Positions 59,810 through 64,000 of a stretch of 64,000 bases of DNA are shown piece by piece. The stretch lies in assembly GCA_964636225.1 (NCBI GenBank), contig CAZWQM010000003.1:74-64073 (forward strand). The letters run 5' to 3'. Positions within the stretch are counted from its first letter, which is position 1. Each line of letters starts with the position of its first letter. Source of the DNA: an uncultured Thiotrichales bacterium. GTDB taxonomy: Bacteria; Pseudomonadota; Gammaproteobacteria; UBA4575. The notes beneath the pieces are model-generated. The model saw nothing but the letters and a program-made list of their open reading frames with translations. It did no database searches and had not been told where the DNA came from. The position numbers and the translations under genes are program-made.

Positions 59810-59840
59810 GGATGACCTCTGTATAATATTCATAACTGTC

Positions 59841-59866
59841 CATGCCCGATGTTACCTCAGGGCATG
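59841..59866. promoter_or_regulatory. 7-bp perfect inverted repeat CATGCCC-N12-GGGCATG in the divergent intergenic region
   Basis: Read directly from the sequence. It lies between the 58778-59809 gene and the 59912 gene. Confidence 0.3.
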
Positions 59867-59911
59867 AGATAATTCACAGACACATAACCTCAATTCTCAT
59901 AGGGATAGACA

Positions 59912-60526
59912 ATGGCAAGATTAAAAGCCAAATGGAATCAGAAAAATCGTGAGCGCACACCGGAACAAATCGCTTCTGCGGTCGGCTTCAATACCTGGTT
60001 GCTGGCTACGGAGGCTTGCCTGAATCATGAGAATGAAGGTTTCGAAACCAATACCCAATCACAAAGGCTGGATGTTATCAGCGAGTACCTGGCATTTTCA
60101 CTGCACCTGGTCGACCGCATGACTTATGGCGAGCTCGACGAAGATGAACGCGTGCGTTTCATTAATGCATTAGGTGTAAATATGGCTACTCTCATACACT
60201 CCAACCGGCTGGATGCAAATGGACCCGGGGAATATCGAAGCCAATTTATTTCTCTTCTTAACGAGCGAATGGATGAGTACTCGGAATGCAGTTATGACCC
60301 TAAAACCGGCCCGGGTTTTAACCTCAAAAGAACTTTGGGCAATCATGTGATGTCCGTAATGGGTGAAAAAGACAACAAATGGATTCCCGATTATGTGATT
60401 GATGTTGAAGCCCCCAAAATAGTTAAAGGCATGAGACGGGTTATGGATGGCATGGGCGATTCACTTGAAGATGCCAATTACGATATGCCACCTATTCCCG
60501 AAGGAGGCACCTGGGGTGAAGGTTAA
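59912..60526 (+). CDS. hypothetical protein (204 aa)
   Basis: Clean ORF with soluble-looking sequence. No motif recognised. Confidence 0.55.
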   Translation: MARLKAKWNQKNRERTPEQIASAVGFNTWLLATEACLNHENEGFETNTQSQRLDVISEYLAFSLHLVDRMTYGELDEDERVRFINALGVNMATLIHSNRLDANGPGEYRSQFISLLNERMDEYSECSYDPKTGPGFNLKRTLGNHVMSVMGEKDNKWIPDYVIDVEAPKIVKGMRRVMDGMGDSLEDANYDMPPIPEGGTWGEG

Positions 60527-61376
60527 ATTCGTTATTTTATTATTTTTAATATTCACTTCATTCAGCAACAGCCACGCAGAACAGAATACAAAGCAAAACA
60601 CGCAAGAAAACATTTGTGCCTATGGATCACATAAAGAGCTGTATGAGAAATTTGCCCAAAAAAACTACATAGTCATTGCCCAGGGTAAACGCATGCAACC
60701 CGACGGTCACATTAAGGATTTTGCGGATGTTTTATTTCTGCTATCTCCGGAAATGGACTTTTTTCACGCCGTTGCAATGAATGGTATTCACCATGATCAC
60801 TTCAAGGCATGTATTTTTTACTCTGGCAGAGAAATTGATTATCAGTTTGCGCCGCCTATTGCCGATATTCTTCTGCGTGTAAATCGCCAACATCAGATTT
60901 TTCTTAGCGACTCCATGCCTGCAAACGCCACATGCCCGAAGGATGATAAAGATTGTGTTACATGGTCGGACTGGGCGCAAAAAACAACCCAGACGTTTTT
61001 GTTCAGCGCTTACAAATACTCATCAAATTGGCCGCATGACCCTTACGATGATATTGTCGAGTTGACGCTTGATAGCAAGGTTATTCATCCAACGCGTGGT
61101 GCATTAGCCGAGCTCGCTCGTACAAAGTATGCATTGCGTTTGCGTAATGAATTGCACGAAAACATTGACGAGATAAAAGTTGCCAAAGACGCGTATAAAC
61201 AAATATATGAAGAAGCGGACCACAGGCTCCCTCTAATATTTTTGAGTCTTACACAAAATAGAAATTGGTCGATTAACGAAATTGATCGTGAGAATGGCCT
61301 GGTACACCCAGTGCTTCATGGCGCCGAGCTTGAGCTATACCCCATGTCCAACGCGCAATACAAAAGTTTCAAATAG
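60516..61376 (+). CDS. hypothetical secreted protein
   Basis: A GTG at 60516 is preceded by a perfect SD AAGGAGG (60501-60507). Signal peptide VKVKFVILLFLIFTSFSNSHA/EQ. It overlaps the upstream stop by 11 nt. The ORF-track start at 60447 is inside the upstream gene. Confidence 0.6.
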   Translation: MKVKFVILLFLIFTSFSNSHAEQNTKQNTQENICAYGSHKELYEKFAQKNYIVIAQGKRMQPDGHIKDFADVLFLLSPEMDFFHAVAMNGIHHDHFKACIFYSGREIDYQFAPPIADILLRVNRQHQIFLSDSMPANATCPKDDKDCVTWSDWAQKTTQTFLFSAYKYSSNWPHDPYDDIVELTLDSKVIHPTRGALAELARTKYALRLRNELHENIDEIKVAKDAYKQIYEEADHRLPLIFLSLTQNRNWSINEIDRENGLVHPVLHGAELELYPMSNAQYKSFK

Positions 61377-61384
61377 TCAAGTGA

Positions 61385-61651
61385 TCACCATAGTGGATGC
61401 TTAATCCAGACAGATTCACTTTCTTTTATATTTAAAGCATCAAATACATCTCTTTGATGAAACCCAAAAGACTCCAATAGTTGCTCAAGCAGCATTCGGG
61501 TAAGGGGTACCGAGGTTTGCATCAACTTGGATTTTTTATCCTTCTCACGTTTATGTTGCCCAACAATTTGCGCAGAGTAATGTGCACCGTGTTTAGCAAC
61601 TTTGACAAACACGTTCATATTTTCGTTAGGCAAACTCAGAAAATCATTCAT
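61385..61651 (-). CDS. hypothetical protein (88 aa)
   Basis: SD AAGGA lies 7 nt upstream of the ATG. It is convergent with the secreted protein gene, with a 9-nt gap. Confidence 0.45.
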   Translation of the reverse strand: MNDFLSLPNENMNVFVKVAKHGAHYSAQIVGQHKREKDKKSKLMQTSVPLTRMLLEQLLESFGFHQRDVFDALNIKESESVWIKHPLW

Positions 61652-61995
61652 ACAACATCCTTTAAAACCATGTAAATATCTTCATCCAGACGGTGTTTAT
61701 TGCGCCAGATCCTTTAATTATTATGTACAACGCACCTCAAAATTGACAAAAAGTGAGAATATTCATCAGCTTAGCGGCCAAATACCGTATATCTCGAATA
61801 TTTTACGATATTTCATATGTCCGCTGAATGGTGGCTTATAAATGTAGTAAAAACGTACCAGTTCGCTTATAGTGGTAGTCGCTACAGATTTAGTAATCGG
61901 CAATAATGGTTGTTCCCTCCGTGTTACCCCTTGAGTTTCCTGTTTCATAAGCCTGTAAGCAACATTTTTTCAATTTTTTTAAGGTAAATATTTTT

Positions 61996-62199
61996 ATGGC
62001 TACAGGTACTATTAAGTGGTTCAACGAATCCAAAGGCTTTGGATTCATTTCTCAAGACAACGGTGGAGCGGATGTTTTTGTCCATTACAGCGCGATTCAA
62101 GGCACTGGCTTCAAAACACTAAAAGAAGGTCAGACAGTGACTTTTGAAGTTGAAAACGGACCTAAAGGGCCGCAGGCAACCAGCGTTGCATCCGCTTAG
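61996..62199 (+). CDS. cold-shock protein (CspA family)
   Basis: [34 protein letters not shown] carries the RNP1/RNP2 motifs KGFGFI and VFVH. A long leader of about 340 bp lies upstream. Confidence 0.95.
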   Translation: MATGTIKWFNESKGFGFISQDNGGADVFVHYSAIQGTGFKTLKEGQTVTFEVENGPKGPQATSVASA

Positions 62200-62241
62200 G
62201 AAAAAAATCATCGACCTGTCTTTTAGACCAGGTCGTTAGGC

Positions 62242-62272
62242 AGAGCCCCGCACACACGGGGCTCTTTGTTTT
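62242..62272 (+). terminator. rho-independent terminator after csp
   Basis: AGAGCCCCG-cacaca-CGGGGCTCT followed by TTGTTTT. A second hairpin, CGACCTG...CAGGTCG, lies just upstream. Confidence 0.7.
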
Positions 62273-62310
62273 CCGGCTTTAACAGCCTCCACACACATGT
62301 TGGAGCTATT

Positions 62311-62580
62311 ATGAAAAAATTATTTATTGGCAATCTACCTGCCAGCACCAAGACTGAAGAACTGGAAGCCTTATTTTCCGAATTTGGCCGAGTTCGATCT
62401 TCAAGGCTAGTGACAGATGTGTTTTCTGGACAATGCAAAGGATTTGGCTTTATTGAAATGGAAGGCCATGAGGCACGTGCAGCGATCGCCGGTTTAAACG
62501 GAAAAGACTTTAACGGTAAGCCTTTAAAGGTGAACTTTGAAGCGCCCAAGAATGCTCGTCGAGGTGGCGGACGCTACTAG
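62311..62580 (+). CDS. RRM-type RNA-binding protein
   Basis: RNP2 LFIGNL and RNP1 KGFGFIEM, with an RGG tail. The start is at ATG 62311 with SD GGAG. The ORF-track start at 62266 lies inside the terminator. Confidence 0.88.
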   Translation: MKKLFIGNLPASTKTEELEALFSEFGRVRSSRLVTDVFSGQCKGFGFIEMEGHEARAAIAGLNGKDFNGKPLKVNFEAPKNARRGGGRY

Positions 62581-62733
62581 TCGATATTCTGCTACAAACT
62601 CTTCACTTTGGAGCAACTGCCCTGAATCCAGAGCAGTTGTTCTACTAAATTAAATAAATCTAATCACTTTCTCTCAACTACAGTAATGAGTTCCAGCAGT
62701 TGCAGAAAAATGCTGGTGGTGATGTATTGAACC

Positions 62734-62928
62734 CTACTTGGTCCAGTTAGTCATATTTTCGGTCGATTTTTCCTGGCCGTCTTCATAACCGGCGGTGTAA
62801 GCTTCTGTAACACGCTGCTCTTCACGCTCTGGATGACCCAGGTAGCCACCTTGCCAGCCAAGAACATATTCAGGATCGACACCCTTTTGTTCCATTTGTG
62901 TAACTGCGTCACGATATGCTTGATCCAT
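62734..62928 (-). CDS. hypothetical 64-aa acidic protein
   Basis: Strong SD GGAGG 7 nt before the ATG. It lies immediately downstream of the TrpD-like gene. Confidence 0.55.
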   Translation of the reverse strand: MDQAYRDAVTQMEQKGVDPEYVLGWQGGYLGHPEREEQRVTEAYTAGYEDGQEKSTENMTNWTK

Positions 62929-62961
62929 TGTAAGACCTCCTATTAAAAAAATTATTGTAAA

Positions 62962-64000
62962 TTAACTGGCTTGAAAACAACTCATCGCTTTACCAGAAGC
63001 GATGATACCCGAAACCATTTCGGCTCCTTGATTAAGTGATTCTGCTTTACCCAGATGTTTCAACATAATGGCTGCTGAATAAATCAGACAGTCCCTGGCA
63101 GGCCCTTCTTTTCCATCCAGCGCTTCCAGTCCGGCTTGAGCACTGGCTTTTGATAATGCTTCAATATTGACACTCTCTTCAGCGCTATCTTTCATACGGA
63201 TAGCCTGTTCTGGAATTGGTACACAGCGCATGGACTGTTGTATGCCCAACTGCTCGGGGAATACGTCAATTTCCATTAACTCACCCTGTAAACCATGGTA
63301 TTCGAAATACTTGGCAGGTTTGTTCAGCGCCGGCGTTACTCCACCTTCCACGCCCCTCACCAATACCGCAGATTCGTAACCCGCCAATTTAGCCAGCCTT
63401 TCATACACAGGCGGATAAGGCTTGTGCACATAACCCGTCAAGAGGTGAGTCGATTTTTTCCCACAGATGGGCTTTGCCAACACTTCTACTGTCGTCAGCA
63501 CTGGCCGTTTAATGATTCTTTTTCTTAAAGGCACCAGATCGTGCAGTGGTTTACAGAAACTGGCTTGATCCAGATAACTCCAGCCAATTTTCTCATTATT
63601 GATTCGTTCCACCGACTGCATGGGTGTCAGATCAACATTAATTCCGGCTTCACGTAGCACTTTGCGATGTGTCACTCCAAATTTGGGGCCAACTTCCTCA
63701 AGGCCGTGACTGACTGCAGGAATGCCACAGGCGGACAATACCGCGGGCAGGAATGCCATGACCGGCGCACCGCGCGTGTAACCATCATAAGGCTCGGCAA
63801 TATCTACAACTTGATCAACTTCCGCGATAACGCGATCGGTCTGATCCAGGATCGCCTGCAGACTGCCTTTATTCTCATCATCCGTTTCGCGCTTCATGCG
63901 CAAAGCGATTAAATACACGCCCGCCTGAATGGGGTCCGTCCTGTCACTCAAAATGTAGCGCATCACATCGCGCGATTCCTCAAAGGACAGATCTTTGCTG
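62962..64000 (-). CDS. anthranilate-phosphoribosyltransferase-like (glycosyl transferase family 3) protein, N-terminus outside the window
   Basis: The frame stays open beyond the Met at 63966 to the window edge (...SKDLSFEESRDVMRYILSDRTDPIQAGVYLIALRMKRETDDE), matching the TrpD N-terminal helical domain. The position of the canonical GTGGD motif reads EPYDGYTRG. Confidence 0.7.
   Translation of the reverse strand, partial: SKDLSFEESRDVMRYILSDRTDPIQAGVYLIALRMKRETDDENKGSLQAILDQTDRVIAEVDQVVDIAEPYDGYTRGAPVMAFLPAVLSACGIPAVSHGLEEVGPKFGVTHRKVLREAGINVDLTPMQSVERINNEKIGWSYLDQASFCKPLHDLVPLRKRIIKRPVLTTVEVLAKPICGKKSTHLLTGYVHKPYPPVYERLAKLAGYESAVLVRGVEGGVTPALNKPAKYFEYHGLQGELMEIDVFPEQLGIQQSMRCVPIPEQAIRMKDSAEESVNIEALSKASAQAGLEALDGKEGPARDCLIYSAAIMLKHLGKAESLNQGAEMVSGIIASGKAMSCFQAS

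Overview
The window is a chromosomal segment of a gammaproteobacterial sulfur oxidiser. It contains no rRNA, tRNA, CRISPR array, transposase or integrase. Positions 1-32335 are conserved core genes in the Pseudomonas-like order: pilD(3-prime end)-coaE-zapD, mutT-like, argJ, secA, an M23 peptidase, DUF721/DciA-like, lpxC, then the complete dcw cluster on the minus strand (ftsZ-ftsA-ftsQ-ddl-murB-murC-murG-ftsW-murD-mraY-murF-murE-ftsI-ftsL-rsmH-mraZ). These are followed by RNase P RNA (rnpB, invisible to the ORF track), rsmI, lpoA, yraN, diaA and a GlcD-like FAD oxidase. Positions 32762-43724 carry an oxidative-type dissimilatory sulfite reductase cluster, dsrABEFHCMKLJOP, on the minus strand. 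The most unusual part lies divergent from dsrA at 44090-46629. It is a compact five-gene operon: a TauD/TfdA-like dioxygenase, a 64-aa protein, an orphan Cas6/Cmx6-like RAMP protein with no CRISPR array or other cas genes in the window, a DsrC/TusE paralogue lacking both redox cysteines, and a 67-aa protein, closed by a strong terminator. Next come an AT-rich region of about 0.8 kb that is mostly non-coding, apt, a PiuC-like hydroxylase, and a translationally coupled beta-oxidation operon (fadE-fadA-fadB-fadD-like). After these comes a second poorly characterised accessory stretch at 56639-61651: a permuted papain-like enzyme, GNAT, a P4H-like 2OG oxygenase, a 343-aa unknown protein and three more unknowns. 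The window ends with a cspA-family gene, an RRM RNA-binding protein, and a divergent TrpD-like gene truncated at the window edge. All family assignments come from reading motifs in the translations and from conserved synteny. No database search was run.
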